64,000 nt of DNA from Methanofollis sp. (GCA_030156225.1 JASGMW010000001.1:3364-67363); one strand, 5' to 3'; counted from the first letter of the stretch, positions 1 to 11,383 are shown. The notes: generated by a model from the letters alone, not told the origin. Numbers and translations are program-made.

Positions 1-1
1 C

Positions 2-976
2 GCGGCAGTTGCAGGGGGTCGCCCGATCCTGATCCTCGACGAACCCGCAGCCGAACTCGACCCGACCAACGCAGCGTGCACCGCGGCGATCCTGAGAGAC
101 CTGAAACAGGAGGGACGGGCGATCCTCCTCGTCGAAAACACGCCCGGCGTCTTCGGCGAGATCGCCGACCGTGTCGTCAGGCTCGAGGCCGGACGCGTCG
201 CCGGGCCGACACCTCCCGAACCAGAGGAGATCAGGAGGACCGCAGCCCCACCCGCGGGCGAGCCCGTCATCAAGATCGCCGGGCTCATCCACCGCTACGG
301 CGAAGGGTTCGCCCTCAAGGGGATCGACCTTCTCATCAGGGCGGGCGAGTTCGTCGCCATCACCGGCGAGAACGGTTCAGGCAAGACAACCCTGATCCGT
401 CACCTCAACGGACTGTTGAAACCTGACGAAGGTTCGGTCGAGGTCTGCGGCATGGACACGCGGCGCCATCCTGTCCATGCCCTCGCCCGGAAAGTGGGAC
501 TCGTCTTCCAGAACCCGGACACCATGCTTTTCGAGGAGACTGCAGAGCGAGAGGTCGCCTTCGGGGCGCGGAACGCCGGCATACCAGACCCGGACGGCTC
601 GGTCGGGTCGGCCCTTTCGGCCGTCGGCCTCCTTGATCGGAAGGACACCTATCCCCGCCACCTATCCAGAGGAGAGCGGCAGCGTCTCGCCGTCGCCTGC
701 GTGCTTGCCATGAAACCCGAAGTGATCGTCCTCGATGAACCGACCACCGGCCTCTCGCCAGACGAGGCCGGCATCGTCATGGACCACCTGCGGCACCTGC
801 AGGAGAGAGGCGTGACCGTGGTCATGGTCACTCACGACCACGCCCTCGCGCGGCGTTACGCCGACCGGATCATCATGATGGAACAGGGAAGCATCATCAC
901 GGACAGACCGACAGGAGGTGAGACATGCAGGAGATCTTCCAGTACAGAAACGGCAACGGTATCCTCCACCGGATGA
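2..976 (+). CDS. ECF/ABC transporter ATP-binding protein with two ATPase domains (5'-truncated by window edge)
   Basis: Frame 2 is open from base 2. It contains the first-domain Walker B ILILDEP, then Walker A GENGSGKTT, Q-loop LVFQNPD, signature LSRGERQR, Walker B VLDEPT and H-loop VTHD. Confidence 0.9.
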   Translation, partial: AAVAGGRPILILDEPAAELDPTNAACTAAILRDLKQEGRAILLVENTPGVFGEIADRVVRLEAGRVAGPTPPEPEEIRRTAAPPAGEPVIKIAGLIHRYGEGFALKGIDLLIRAGEFVAITGENGSGKTTLIRHLNGLLKPDEGSVEVCGMDTRRHPVHALARKVGLVFQNPDTMLFEETAEREVAFGARNAGIPDPDGSVGSALSAVGLLDRKDTYPRHLSRGERQRLAVACVLAMKPEVIVLDEPTTGLSPDEAGIVMDHLRHLQERGVTVVMVTHDHALARRYADRIIMMEQGSIITDRPTGGETCRRSSSTETATVSSTG

Positions 977-1680
977 ACCCGATCACCAAGATCGCAGGCG
1001 TCGCGGCAGTCGTCGTGCTTGCCGTCCTCTCCACAGACCCGGTGTTCCTCGCGGCCATGACCGCTGCCATTCTCGTCCTCGGCATCGCCGGCGGGGTCGG
1101 TCGGGATCTGTTGCGACAGGCACCTCTCCTCGCTTTTCTCGGGGGCATCCTCATCGTGATCACGATCCTCACCCTCCAGATCGGGGACGTGATCTTCGAT
1201 GGACCGGTGACCGTCACCGCAGGCGCCGTTTCTTTCGGCTTTGCCCTTGCTCTCCGCTTCTGCGCCATGATCTTCGCCTTCCAGCTGCTGGTGGCGACGA
1301 CAATGCCGACCGCCCTTGTGGGTGCTCTCAGAACGCTCAGGTTTCCAGCAGATTACGCACTGATGGCCCTGATTGCCCTGCGGTTCATCCCACACCTTCA
1401 GATCGAGGGAATGAAAATTCAGGAGGCCCAGGCGGCGCGGGGCTTCTCCCCGGGCGAGGGCATTGGGGGGAAGGTGCGCGGCATGATCCCGGTGCTCGTC
1501 CCGCTCATCGCAAACGCCCTCGGAAAGGCCGAGGTGATCGGCCTGACCATCGACCTCAGGGGACTGCGTACGCGGCTGTCTGCACCAGGCATCCACACCT
1601 TCGGTCGGCCCGACCTCCTGCTCGTTGCGGGCATCTCATGTCTCGGGGCGTTCTTCTGCGCACTCGCTCTGCTCGGATGA
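925..1680 (+). CDS. ECF transporter transmembrane component T (CbiQ/EcfT)
   Basis: LHRMNPITK start, several TM helices, ALRFIP and EAQAARG motifs; GGAGGTGA SD upstream; adjacent to the ECF ATPase. Confidence 0.9.
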   Translation: MQEIFQYRNGNGILHRMNPITKIAGVAAVVVLAVLSTDPVFLAAMTAAILVLGIAGGVGRDLLRQAPLLAFLGGILIVITILTLQIGDVIFDGPVTVTAGAVSFGFALALRFCAMIFAFQLLVATTMPTALVGALRTLRFPADYALMALIALRFIPHLQIEGMKIQEAQAARGFSPGEGIGGKVRGMIPVLVPLIANALGKAEVIGLTIDLRGLRTRLSAPGIHTFGRPDLLLVAGISCLGAFFCALALLG

Positions 1681-1786
1681 AACCGGCCGGACAGAATGGG
1701 CCCTCTATTTTTTTGAGGAAAGACCGGTCTAAATCGATGACGGATGAAACGACATATTTAAGTTGGCATTTAAAAGATATCAGATC

Positions 1787-2299
1787 ATGAAGGGTGAAAC
1801 GGCGCTCAGGATCATTACGGCAACTGCCTTTGTCTTCATTTTCGTCTTCATGCTCGCCGCAGGAGGGGTTGGCGGCGATGCTGAGACAGAACCCCCCACA
1901 GCCGCGGAGACGCCGACCGTCACGCCGACACCGGAGATGGTAACAGTACCGGTACCTGAAACGACAGCAGAACCGACCGTCGCCATCGTCGCCACACCAG
2001 AACCGACGGCGACATCTGCCGACCCGGTGGAGGGCCTCTGGGTTTCGCGGGGTTCGACCGCCGAGCGCCTCCAGTTGAACGCCGGGGGAACCGGTGAAAT
2101 TACGACGAATACCGGCACTATAGCGTCTGTCAGGGAGGTCGCCTGGGAGTACGATCCTGCGATCAGGATCGGGCACCTGCGCGCCTACCACCTCAACGTT
2201 TCCGACGAGGGGGAATATATCCTCTACCTTGACGAAGAGACGGGCACTCTGAAGAAAAACGGGCAGGTCGTCGTTCTCACCTATGCACCTGCACCATAA
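1787..2299 (+). CDS. Hypothetical secreted/membrane-anchored protein with Thr/Pro-rich linker
   Basis: N-terminal hydrophobic helix, PT-rich stalk, small beta-rich C-terminal domain (VEGLW...); TTTAAG TATA-like box upstream. Confidence 0.7.
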   Translation: MKGETALRIITATAFVFIFVFMLAAGGVGGDAETEPPTAAETPTVTPTPEMVTVPVPETTAEPTVAIVATPEPTATSADPVEGLWVSRGSTAERLQLNAGGTGEITTNTGTIASVREVAWEYDPAIRIGHLRAYHLNVSDEGEYILYLDEETGTLKKNGQVVVLTYAPAP

Positions 2300-2335
2300 C
2301 ACAGGTATTTCCCGCCCGAAAGAGAGATCACCGGG

Positions 2336-4147
2336 ATGATCCCGCAGCCCCCATATCTCCCCATGACGCCAGAAGAGGCGAAAACTCTCGGAATTTCAGC
2401 GTTCGACGTCATCCTCATCTCAGGCGACGCCTACGTCGACCACCCCTCCTTTGGAACGGCCGTCATCGGGAGGGTGCTCCGGGAGGCGGGCTACACTGTC
2501 GGTATCATCGCCCAGCCCGACTGGACGCACCCCAACGACTTTTTGCGCCTCGGCAGGCCGAAACTCTTCTTCGGGATCTCGTCGGGGAACGTCGACTCCA
2601 TGGTCAACGCCTTCACCCCGAACAAAAAACGGCGCCACACCGACGCCTACTCGCCAGGGGGAAAACTGAAACGGCCGGATAGAGCGGTGATCGTCTATGC
2701 CAATCGAGTCAGATCCCTCTTTCCAGGCACGCCGATCGTGCTGGGCGGGATCGAGGCCAGTCTCCGCCGGTTCGCTCACTATGACTACTGGTCAGACACC
2801 GTCCGGGGATCGATCCTCGCCGACGCCCCGGCAGACATCCTGGTCTACGGTATGGGCGAACGACAGATGACGGAAATTGCAGCGCGGTGCGCAGCCGGCC
2901 GGAGCCTCAGGGAGGTGAGGGGAACGGCGGTCGGCATCTCCCCTGCCGAATGGCGCGAGACCGATCAGAGCGGATACGCGATCATCCCGGGTTTTCCTGC
3001 GGTCAGGGACAACCCGGAGGCGTATGCGCAGGCCTTCGCCCTCCATACAGCCGAACAGGATCCGGTGCGCGGGAAGGCCGTCGTCCAGCCCCACCCCAAG
3101 ACGGTGATCGTCCAGTACCCGCCGGCCTTCCCGCTCTCCCCGGCCGAACTCGACCGGGTCTACGAACTCCCGTACACCCGCGCCGCCCATCCCTCGTACC
3201 GTGATCCCGTCCCGGCCCTTGAACCGGTGCGTTTTTCGATCACCACCCATCGCGGCTGTTTCGGCGGCTGCTCGTTCTGTGCCCTCACCCATCACCAGGG
3301 ACGGATCATCCAGAGCAGGACCGGGACCTCGATCATCGCCGAAGCCGGGCGCCTCGCACGTATGCGCGGTTTTTCAGGTGTCATCCAGGATGTCGGCGGC
3401 CCGACCGCCAATATGTACGGTCTGCTCTGTCCGCAGTGGGAGACGAAAGGCACCTGTCCCGACCGCCGCTGCAGCCCCGACTGCCCGCACCTGCGGACCT
3501 CGCATGCCCGGCAGGTCGGCCTGCTCAGAGAACTCAGACAGATCCCCCGGGTAAAACGGGTGTTCATCGCCTCGGGCATCCGTTTCGATCTCGCGCTTGC
3601 CGACGATGCCGGCTACCTTGAAGAGGTCTGCGCCCACCATGTCTCCGGCCACCTCAAGGTCGCCCCCGAACACATCGCCGCCGGCGTAACCGAACTCATG
3701 AACAAACCTGGAAGGGAAACCTTCGACCGGTTCAGGGAGCGTTATGCAGAGGCGAGCCGGAACGCCGGAAAAAAACAGTACATCCTTCCGTACTTCATGT
3801 CCGGCCACCCCGGCTGCACGGTCGGAGACGCCATCGAACTCGCCGAATACATCAGGGACAACCGCCTGTACACCGAGCAGGTGCAGGACTTCACCCCGAC
3901 ACCGATGACGCGGTCCACCTGCATGTACGCCACCGGTATCGACCCTGCCACGATGGAGCGGGTCCACGTCCCGAGGGAGAGGGAAAAACAGATACAGCGG
4001 GCGCTTCTCCAGTACCGCGATCCGAAAAACCGCAGACTCGTTATCGAGGGGCTGAAAGCGGCCGGACGGGCGGACCTTATCGGCACGGCACGACAGTGCC
4101 TGGTGGAAAAGGGCGACGATATCAGGGGAACGCGGGACCGCAGGTGA
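2336..4147 (+). CDS. YgiQ/UPF0313 family radical SAM protein
   Basis: SGDAYVDHPSFG N-terminal motif, CFGGCSFC cluster motif, QVQDFTPTP. Confidence 0.93.
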   Translation: MIPQPPYLPMTPEEAKTLGISAFDVILISGDAYVDHPSFGTAVIGRVLREAGYTVGIIAQPDWTHPNDFLRLGRPKLFFGISSGNVDSMVNAFTPNKKRRHTDAYSPGGKLKRPDRAVIVYANRVRSLFPGTPIVLGGIEASLRRFAHYDYWSDTVRGSILADAPADILVYGMGERQMTEIAARCAAGRSLREVRGTAVGISPAEWRETDQSGYAIIPGFPAVRDNPEAYAQAFALHTAEQDPVRGKAVVQPHPKTVIVQYPPAFPLSPAELDRVYELPYTRAAHPSYRDPVPALEPVRFSITTHRGCFGGCSFCALTHHQGRIIQSRTGTSIIAEAGRLARMRGFSGVIQDVGGPTANMYGLLCPQWETKGTCPDRRCSPDCPHLRTSHARQVGLLRELRQIPRVKRVFIASGIRFDLALADDAGYLEEVCAHHVSGHLKVAPEHIAAGVTELMNKPGRETFDRFRERYAEASRNAGKKQYILPYFMSGHPGCTVGDAIELAEYIRDNRLYTEQVQDFTPTPMTRSTCMYATGIDPATMERVHVPREREKQIQRALLQYRDPKNRRLVIEGLKAAGRADLIGTARQCLVEKGDDIRGTRDRR

Positions 4148-4452
4148 TGAAGCGCCACCGGGATCAGATCGGCGCACCTGGAGCCGGGCCTGATCGACAC
4201 CGAACCGCTGCTTTCCCGAAACAGAACCTCACGCGTGCGGCGGATGGGATCTCCCTCTCCTGCGACACACCGGCCGGGACAGACCCGACCCTCGTCATCA
4301 GGTTCTCGGGGTCCAGCGAGTGGCGGCTGCCCGGGCGGTCCTACAACGCCGGCACCGACCGGACCCTCGCGGAGACCCCGGCAGAAGAGAGGTGGCGGAA
4401 TGTGGCGGGACCCCTCGCCGCTGGCGAAGGCCGGTATTTTCACCGGGACTGA
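4147..4452 (+). pseudogene. Possible degraded fragment of a methanogen hypothetical protein
   Basis: The tail ...GSSEWRLPGRSYN..DR...W..V.G.L.AGEGRY resembles, from memory, the C-terminus of a Methanomicrobia exported-protein family; the N-terminal part looks non-coding. Confidence 0.3.
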
Positions 4453-4498
4453 TCCCCGTTGCCACGCTTTTTCTGCCTTCAGAGCAGAAAAGATCTCC

Positions 4499-5527
4499 AT
4501 GATGTTGGGTGACAGGCGGACCATGGTCGTCCACGGTCCGGAGCCCTTCGACAGGGGAGACGTCGGCCGTCTGCTGGACGCCCTCGGGCCGTGCCGGATC
4601 CTTGTCGCGGGGGTGATGGGGCGGACGGCGGCAGAAGAGTCGAAGGTAGCCTGCGAGTTCTGCACCGTCCCGCCGAGCACGGTCTTCGCCCATCTCTCCA
4701 GGCCCGCCTTTCTTCTCAACCGCGCGAAAACACCGGATTCGGGAAGAGTCTTCGGTGAGATTGTGGCCGGAAGACTGAAAGACGGCCTCGTCCACGTCGA
4801 GTGCGCATCCGAGACGGTATTCTGCTGGAACGGCGGCGATCAGGAACTCGCCGATGAACTGGCCGTGGTGCTCGGGTACGAGAGGACGATCGTCAGGGCG
4901 ACGGCCAGACCTCCTGCGGCCGGCCGGACGATCAGGGGGTGCATACCCGGCGAACCGGTCTGTGTGAACGGAATCGTGATCGGGCAGGCGACGGCAGAGG
5001 AAGTCGTCCTCCGTAACGCCGGTGAAGACGTCGAGGCGGTATCAGGACTCATGGTCAAACCCCATGGCCTCGAAAAACTCCGCCGCAACGGTCGCATCGA
5101 TCTCGCCTCGGCATGGTGCAAGAGCGGTCAGATCAGACAGAAGGCTCCGGTGCGGGCGACCGGCCTCAGCAGGATCGGCAGGATCGTCCTCCTCGACCAC
5201 TGCGCCCACCGGTTCTATGATCTGGTGACCCCTGACGCCTGCGGCGTCCTGGCAATCGGCGACGACACCACCACCGTGGCCGGGCATATCGCCGGTCATC
5301 TGGGCATCCCGGTCCTCGGAGTCACCGACGGGGACCCCGACGGCGTGGTCGGCGGGACGTTCCCCGAAGGATCGCTTGTTCTGGAAGCGGTCGCCGGGCG
5401 CGACGATGAAATCGGCCTCATGATTGCGGGAATGATCCCGGACCGGGAGACCGGGTGGTCCTGCTGGGTGAACGACGTGATGGAGACGATGGGAGATCAG
5501 GTCCGCCCGGTCTTCGATCTCAGGTGA
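4499..5527 (+). CDS. DUF2117 family protein (methanogen-associated)
   Basis: VVHGPE.FD.G start, GVMGRTA, PGEPV.VNGIVIG, IGDDTT and GVTDGD motifs; start moved from 4235 to ATG 4499. Confidence 0.8.
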   Translation: MMLGDRRTMVVHGPEPFDRGDVGRLLDALGPCRILVAGVMGRTAAEESKVACEFCTVPPSTVFAHLSRPAFLLNRAKTPDSGRVFGEIVAGRLKDGLVHVECASETVFCWNGGDQELADELAVVLGYERTIVRATARPPAAGRTIRGCIPGEPVCVNGIVIGQATAEEVVLRNAGEDVEAVSGLMVKPHGLEKLRRNGRIDLASAWCKSGQIRQKAPVRATGLSRIGRIVLLDHCAHRFYDLVTPDACGVLAIGDDTTTVAGHIAGHLGIPVLGVTDGDPDGVVGGTFPEGSLVLEAVAGRDDEIGLMIAGMIPDRETGWSCWVNDVMETMGDQVRPVFDLR

Positions 5528-5533
5528 AGAGCC

Positions 5534-6682
5534 ATGATGCAGTGCGCCGAATGCAAGGGCAAACTTCTCTGCGGGTTGCCGAAGTGCCCGGTCATGAACA
5601 GGTTCCACGCCCAGGTGCGCACCGCCGCAAGGGGCGCTACCTACATGGGCACGGCGCCCTCCGTATTTGTGGGCAGTTACGGCTACCCCGTCGTCTCGGC
5701 CGGCCCTCTCATGACCGGCGACCCGGATGCACCCCGCGTCTGGGTGGCAGAGGGCCTCTCGATTGAGGATATCGTCGGGATCAGGGCGCAGACGATCAGG
5801 GGATCGGCCGGCGTTGAGGCGATCAGGGGGGATATCCAGGAGATCGCCCTCTCGTCCATACCTCTCGACGTCGAAGCGGCCTTCGAGCGGCCGATCAGTT
5901 TCGACCTCAGGTTCGACGGCACCATCACCCCGGTCGGCCTCTCCGGGAGCATCAAAAAACTCGACCTGATCGACAACGCCCGCGTCAGCAGGAGCGTCGA
6001 CCGGATCACCTCGGACACCGATCTCCCCGCCACCGCCGCCTGCACGGCCCTCGGCACGGAAGGTGTCGACGTCTACCAGATCTCGCAGTTGATGAGCGCA
6101 GGTCTCCTCGGGAAAAAACGGCGGGTCGTCCCGACCAGGTGGGCGATCACGGCAGTGGACGACACGGTGGGCAAGGGGTTGAAACAGCAGATCCATCGAT
6201 TCTCTCCCCTTGGCGAGGTGGAGTTCTTCACCGCCACGCTGTACGGGAACACGATGGCGGTGATCCTGGTGCCCGGCGACTGGCGGTTCGAGATGATCGA
6301 GATCTGGGGGCGGCGGTCTCTCTGGGGAGGAGAGGAGGAGTCTGTCGTCGTCGACGGGGAAGGTCTGAAAAAACAGGGCTACTCCCCGATCGCGGGGGCG
6401 TATTATGCCGCACGTCTGGCCGTTGCCGAATATCTTGCCGGAGCCGGGAAGTCAGGACGCGTCGTGGTCGTCCGCCATGTCGGCAGCGACTACTGGGCCC
6501 CGCTCGGTTCATGGGTGATCAGGGAGGCCACCAGGTCGGCAATGCAGAAGGGACCGGTGCGGTGCGAAAGCCTGAACGCAGCGATGGCCCTGACCGACGC
6601 CGCCATCGGGCAGAGCGGATGGCGGCAGAAGAGCAGGCTCATTCCCGAGATGACCTCACAGAAAACCCTCTTTGAATTTTAA
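5534..6682 (+). CDS. nreA: Archaeal DNA repair protein Nre (PCNA-interacting)
   Basis: N-terminal C-x2-C...CG...CP Zn motif, PSVFVG.YGYP, VPTRWAITAVD, GAYYAARLAV, and C-terminal PIP box QKTLFEF. Confidence 0.92.
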   Translation: MMQCAECKGKLLCGLPKCPVMNRFHAQVRTAARGATYMGTAPSVFVGSYGYPVVSAGPLMTGDPDAPRVWVAEGLSIEDIVGIRAQTIRGSAGVEAIRGDIQEIALSSIPLDVEAAFERPISFDLRFDGTITPVGLSGSIKKLDLIDNARVSRSVDRITSDTDLPATAACTALGTEGVDVYQISQLMSAGLLGKKRRVVPTRWAITAVDDTVGKGLKQQIHRFSPLGEVEFFTATLYGNTMAVILVPGDWRFEMIEIWGRRSLWGGEEESVVVDGEGLKKQGYSPIAGAYYAARLAVAEYLAGAGKSGRVVVVRHVGSDYWAPLGSWVIREATRSAMQKGPVRCESLNAAMALTDAAIGQSGWRQKSRLIPEMTSQKTLFEF

Positions 6683-6735
6683 CCTGCAGCAGGTGAAAAG
6701 ACAACAAATATCAGTTTCAGAAGTGAAGAACAGGT

Positions 6736-7524
6736 ATGCGCAGTCCGGGAATCGCGTTCCTTATTATCGGCCTTCTCATACCCGCGGTATCCGCAGCAAA
6801 TACCACGGTAACGCCGATAGCCCCGACCCTATCCGCCGTCGACCTTTTTTCGCTCTTCATCGGCGGGGTCATCTATATCAACATCTTCGCCGTCGTCCTG
6901 TACCATGTCGTCAAACGACAGAAGAAACATACCGGGAGGTCGCCGATCGTACAGATCGTCGGCCTGCTCGCCGGCATCGGATCTGTAGCGCTTGGAAGCC
7001 TGTTCACCGTCTTCATCGCCATGGTGTTCCTCGCCCTGTTTATGGATATAACACTTTTTGCGTGGATGGAAGACTTTTTCCTGTACCTCATCACCGATGA
7101 GATTCCCCTGTACCTGCCGGCGCTGCACCTCTCGATGACCACGGGACTCCTCCTGTTCGGGGCGGCAGGAACGGTGTTTTTCATTCTCGGGGCGATTCTC
7201 CTGGTACGTTTCGGCGGCTACGGGACACAGTCCGAGGTGGCGATGCCGACAGGGAGCGGCGCCGCCAAAAAGAACGCCGCCGACAGACCGGACGAACCGT
7301 TAAACCCGGTCCTTTCCTTCAGGGTCGAGGACAAACAGAGCAGGGAACCGTCGGCAGACGTAAAGGTGATCCTCAAGCATAAGGACGGAGTGCGGTTCCA
7401 TACGAAGTACACCGATTTCAACGGCGAGGTCACGTTCGCCAATGTGGATGGCTTCGGTTCGGAATATTACGCCTATGTGGACGGGGACATCAACAGACAG
7501 CACTATCGGGTCATACGGATTTGA
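6736..7524 (+). CDS. Hypothetical membrane protein (signal peptide, ~4 TM, small C-terminal beta-sandwich)
   Basis: Hydrophobic segments plus a TDFNGEVTF motif typical of prealbumin-like folds. Confidence 0.7.
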   Translation: MRSPGIAFLIIGLLIPAVSAANTTVTPIAPTLSAVDLFSLFIGGVIYINIFAVVLYHVVKRQKKHTGRSPIVQIVGLLAGIGSVALGSLFTVFIAMVFLALFMDITLFAWMEDFFLYLITDEIPLYLPALHLSMTTGLLLFGAAGTVFFILGAILLVRFGGYGTQSEVAMPTGSGAAKKNAADRPDEPLNPVLSFRVEDKQSREPSADVKVILKHKDGVRFHTKYTDFNGEVTFANVDGFGSEYYAYVDGDINRQHYRVIRI

Positions 7525-9148
7525 GCTGGCGTTCGTATCTCGCCAGCATCCCGTCCATCGTCTCCACCTCGTCCACACCCTTGTCCTCCCTGACCCTGAC
7601 AAACCGCGGGAAGCGAAGGGCATAACCGCTCGCATAGTTCGGGCTCTTCTGGATCTCGGCATACCCCACCTCGAAAACGACCGCCGGTTCGATGACAACC
7701 TCCTTGCCCTTCCCGGCGATGACCAGATCTTTGAGGACGTCGTAGATCGCAGCCAGTTGATCGTCTGAAAGACCGGTCGCCACCTTACCGACCGGGAGAA
7801 GTTCGCCTTCCTGCTGACATGCGAGCAGGAACGACCCGAAAAGACGGGCGCGGCGGCCTTCACCCCACTCGGCCCCGATGACGACGAGGTCGAGGGTGTC
7901 GACGGCCGGTTTGATCTTGATCCAGTTCTTTCCCCGCACGCCTGGCGTGTAGGGGGCGTCGAGCGTCTTGAGCATCACGCCCTCATGTCCGGCGTCCAGG
8001 GCGTCGGCGTAGATCTGCTCCAGACGGGAGAGATCGTCGCTCACCCACTGCGGGGCGACGTACACCGGGAGCGTGTCTTCAAGGGTCCGTCGCCGTTCGG
8101 AAAAGGGCAGGTCAATGAGGGTCTCGCCGTCGAGGTACAGGATGTCAAACACATGCGGGACCAGGTCGACCCTCCCGATCGCTTCCTCGACCTCGTGTTT
8201 CCGGCGGAAGCGCTGGAGAACAAACTGGAACGGGCGCGGGCGGCCGTCTTTCACGGCGATCACCTCGCCGTCGACGATCACGTCGTGCGGGATCGCCCGG
8301 TCCAGCACTTCGATGACGTCGGGGACTGCCACGGTCACGTCCTCGAGTTTCCGGGAGTACATCCTGCACTCACTTCCGACCTTGTGGAACTGGAAGCGGG
8401 TGCCGTCGTACTTGTACTCGACGGCCACAGCTCCATGATCGGCCACCATCTCGCCGATGGTACCCTGCTGAGCGAGCATCATCTTCACCGGGCGGAAGGG
8501 CTCGATACGCACCTCGCGCAGCGCTTCTTCTCCCTGCCGGGCGAGCATGGCGACCTCGCCGAGATCGTTCAGGGCCTGGTGGGCATGGGCGACGAGGGCA
8601 ACATCCACGTCAAAGGCTCTGGCGACCGCATCCCTGGCATTCCCCTCGCCGACGCCGATGCGCAGTTCTTCGAGGAGAAGGCGGGAGAGATAACGCCCTT
8701 CGAGCGACCCGGCGTTCCCGAGCAGCCCTTCGACGATCCTGAGTTTTTCCCGCTGAGAACGGCTGCCGTCAGTCATCGCGATGCGCGTGCAATCCGCATG
8801 AACGCCGGTGAGCGTCAGCGGTTCTGTAAAAAAGGAAGTCTGGGATTTCGTCGCCAGCAGCCGCTCGACGGCGAGGCCGACATCCCCGGTCTCGTTGACG
8901 GCTGCAATCACCCCGTCCCTCTTTTTGCCGGCAACATAGCCGACCGCCTCATACAGGAGGTTCGGCCCGATCCCGAGTTTTAACGGACTCCAATCCGGAA
9001 ATACCCGTCCCATCACGAACCTGACGAATACCGGAAGTTCGTCGTCGGAGAGGCGGGGGAGGACGGCGGCGATGGTCTCTATCATCTCCAGCCGTCCACT
9101 GATGCCCTCGATATTCTCACAGATCCGGGAAAATTCCGCGAATTCCAT
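7511..9148 (-). CDS. lig: ATP-dependent DNA ligase
   Basis: Motif I EYKYDG, EGVMLK, WIKIK, GEGRR, ALRFPRF; archaeal LigI architecture. Confidence 0.97.
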   Translation of the reverse strand: MEFAEFSRICENIEGISGRLEMIETIAAVLPRLSDDELPVFVRFVMGRVFPDWSPLKLGIGPNLLYEAVGYVAGKKRDGVIAAVNETGDVGLAVERLLATKSQTSFFTEPLTLTGVHADCTRIAMTDGSRSQREKLRIVEGLLGNAGSLEGRYLSRLLLEELRIGVGEGNARDAVARAFDVDVALVAHAHQALNDLGEVAMLARQGEEALREVRIEPFRPVKMMLAQQGTIGEMVADHGAVAVEYKYDGTRFQFHKVGSECRMYSRKLEDVTVAVPDVIEVLDRAIPHDVIVDGEVIAVKDGRPRPFQFVLQRFRRKHEVEEAIGRVDLVPHVFDILYLDGETLIDLPFSERRRTLEDTLPVYVAPQWVSDDLSRLEQIYADALDAGHEGVMLKTLDAPYTPGVRGKNWIKIKPAVDTLDLVVIGAEWGEGRRARLFGSFLLACQQEGELLPVGKVATGLSDDQLAAIYDVLKDLVIAGKGKEVVIEPAVVFEVGYAEIQKSPNYASGYALRFPRFVRVREDKGVDEVETMDGMLARYERQLKSV

Positions 9149-9149
9149 G

Positions 9150-9923
9150 CTAGATCCTCACGCTCTCCGAGACGGCGTGCTGGGTGCCGACGACGAGATC
9201 GATACCGTCGAAGAGGAGGCCGAGGCCGTTTTGAGCGGATACGACCGCCTTTTCCGGAGTGTTGTTCACCTCCGAGAGGTGAGCGAGCACGACCGCCGCG
9301 AGGTTCCCACCGATGTCCCTGAGGCAGGTGGCGGCGGCGGCGTTGGAGAGGTGGCCGTGTTTCGAGCGGATACGCCGTTTGAGATATTCAGGATATGGTC
9401 CCTCTTCGAGCATCTGCGGGCAGTGATTGCTCTCGAGAACGACGGCGTCGCAACGGGCCAGCACCTCCTCGATCCCCGGGGTGACGATCCCGGTGTCAAG
9501 ACAGCATCCAAGACTGACGTCGCCCTCCGCGATCCGGTAGCCGCAGGGCTCGGCGGCGTCGTGGGCCGTCAGAAACGGAGTGACCAGAAACCCGTCGAGG
9601 TCAAGCGGTTCACCCGCAAAAACGCGGAGCAGATCCACCGGTTTCGATCCGGCACGGGCCGAAGAAAACGCCTCCAGCGTCCCGGCAGTCCCGACGACCG
9701 GGATGTCGAGACGGCGGGCGAGAACATCGACGCCCCTGATATGGTCGATGTGCTCATGAGTGACCAGGATCGCCCTGATACGATCTTCGTCGCCCCCGGC
9801 GTCTGAAAGGCGTTTGTTTATCCCCTTCGCCGTAAGGCCGGCGTCAACGAGAAGTGCCCCGCTCTCCCCTTCGACATATATGCAGTTCCCCTTGCTCCCG
9901 CTTGCAAGGCAGGTGATCTTCAT
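9150..9923 (-). CDS. MBL-fold metallohydrolase (YycJ/WalJ-like)
   Basis: [37 protein letters not shown]. Confidence 0.9.
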   Translation of the reverse strand: MKITCLASGSKGNCIYVEGESGALLVDAGLTAKGINKRLSDAGGDEDRIRAILVTHEHIDHIRGVDVLARRLDIPVVGTAGTLEAFSSARAGSKPVDLLRVFAGEPLDLDGFLVTPFLTAHDAAEPCGYRIAEGDVSLGCCLDTGIVTPGIEEVLARCDAVVLESNHCPQMLEEGPYPEYLKRRIRSKHGHLSNAAAATCLRDIGGNLAAVVLAHLSEVNNTPEKAVVSAQNGLGLLFDGIDLVVGTQHAVSESVRI

Positions 9924-10012
9924 TGCAGAGACATTTGCTCTGCTCGGTATTGTTAATGTCGAATCGACGGTACCGACAGAAATTAGTCATGCAAGCCCGG
10001 AAGAGATCAGGG

Positions 10013-11383
10013 ATGGGCAGCGAGGGCTGGATGGAGGCGACCGGGCAGGTCGTTGCAGGGGCGGGCGAGACCGTCGACCGCCGGCGCCTCCGGGAACGCA
10101 CGAACGCGTACTGTATCCGCTCGCCTGACGGTGCATCACTCCAGTTCGCCATGCCGCTCCTCATCCCGGGACTCCTCCCGGCCGGGATCGATCCGCGGGG
10201 CGCGGACGGGGCGGCAGGAGTGATCATCGACGAGGTGAAACAGGCAGTTGCAGCCGACACGCGTCTGCGGCCCCTCGGCGGCCTCGACACGGCGTGGCCG
10301 GCCCGGTACGCAGCCGGGATCGAACCGGTCACTCTGGTCCATTCGGACGCCGCCATCGGGTCGGAACTCTGGAAACCGGACGCTGAGAATCTGTTCGGAC
10401 CGGATGGCCTGCACTGCACCGTCCGCGGGGCCGTCCCCTATCCGGGCCGGCCGGAGAAAAGGGCGATCCGCGAGATCGCAGAGACGGTGGCTGCCCTCGC
10501 CCGGGGGATCGGGCATGTGATGCACCGCATCCCGCCGGGAGATCTGGCTGCCGCCGCCACCCTTTCACTCGACCAGAAACTCCTCAGGACACACCTGCCC
10601 TCGATGGGGCTCGTCTGCTTTATCGGTGACGGCACCCTGCCGGCCCGTTCGTACACCCGTTTCCGCCAGCACTACCGCGTGGCCGGGCCGAAAGAAGGGG
10701 TGCATGTCCCCTTTGTCTGTCCCGAAGAGATCGGACCGATCGAAGTCGAACTTCCGGCAAGCGGCAGGAGCGTCACCGGTCTCGGAATACGACGCCGCGA
10801 GGTGCTCGCCATTGCAGGTTCGAACGCACAGGGAAAGACCACCCTCCTGAACGCCATCCGTGCGGGCGAAGACGATCATGCGGAGGGCGACGGCCGCGAA
10901 CTGGTCGTTGCCGTCAGGGGTGCACGAATGGCCGAAGCGGGCGGACAGCACCTCAACGGCGCGGACGTGAGCCTTTTTTTCCGGAGCCTGCCGCCGGGAA
11001 TGAGCGGGACGCCGAAGGCCGCCTTCGGTCAGGGGAGCGGTTCGATGACGATGGCCGTGCAGATCTGCACCGCCGTCAGGGAGGAGGCGCCGCTCCTGCT
11101 CATCGACGAGGACCGGGGGGCGGCAAACCTGCTGGTCAGGAGCACTCTGCAGGAAGAGGACGTCACGCCTCTCTCGGAGATCCTGGCCGAAAGGCCTGAA
11201 GCGCTCGGCGACACCGCCTGTGTTGTCGCCACCTCGTCGCTGGACACGCTCATCGCCCGCGCCGACCGCATCCTGGTCCTCAGGGGGCACTCTGCCGGTG
11301 CGATCTCTGCTGAGGCCTTCAGGGCGGCATATCTGACGTACCTGAAACGGTGTGCACAGATGACAAAAAATGGTATCATCTGA
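10013..11383 (+). CDS. P-loop ATPase of the soluble ABC-class family (COG3044-like)
   Basis: FIGDG.LPAR, Walker A GSNAQGKTT, H..GDGRELVV, GSGSM, Walker B LLLIDED; start uncertain. Confidence 0.75.
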   Translation: MGSEGWMEATGQVVAGAGETVDRRRLRERTNAYCIRSPDGASLQFAMPLLIPGLLPAGIDPRGADGAAGVIIDEVKQAVAADTRLRPLGGLDTAWPARYAAGIEPVTLVHSDAAIGSELWKPDAENLFGPDGLHCTVRGAVPYPGRPEKRAIREIAETVAALARGIGHVMHRIPPGDLAAAATLSLDQKLLRTHLPSMGLVCFIGDGTLPARSYTRFRQHYRVAGPKEGVHVPFVCPEEIGPIEVELPASGRSVTGLGIRRREVLAIAGSNAQGKTTLLNAIRAGEDDHAEGDGRELVVAVRGARMAEAGGQHLNGADVSLFFRSLPPGMSGTPKAAFGQGSGSMTMAVQICTAVREEAPLLLIDEDRGAANLLVRSTLQEEDVTPLSEILAERPEALGDTACVVATSSLDTLIARADRILVLRGHSAGAISAEAFRAAYLTYLKRCAQMTKNGII

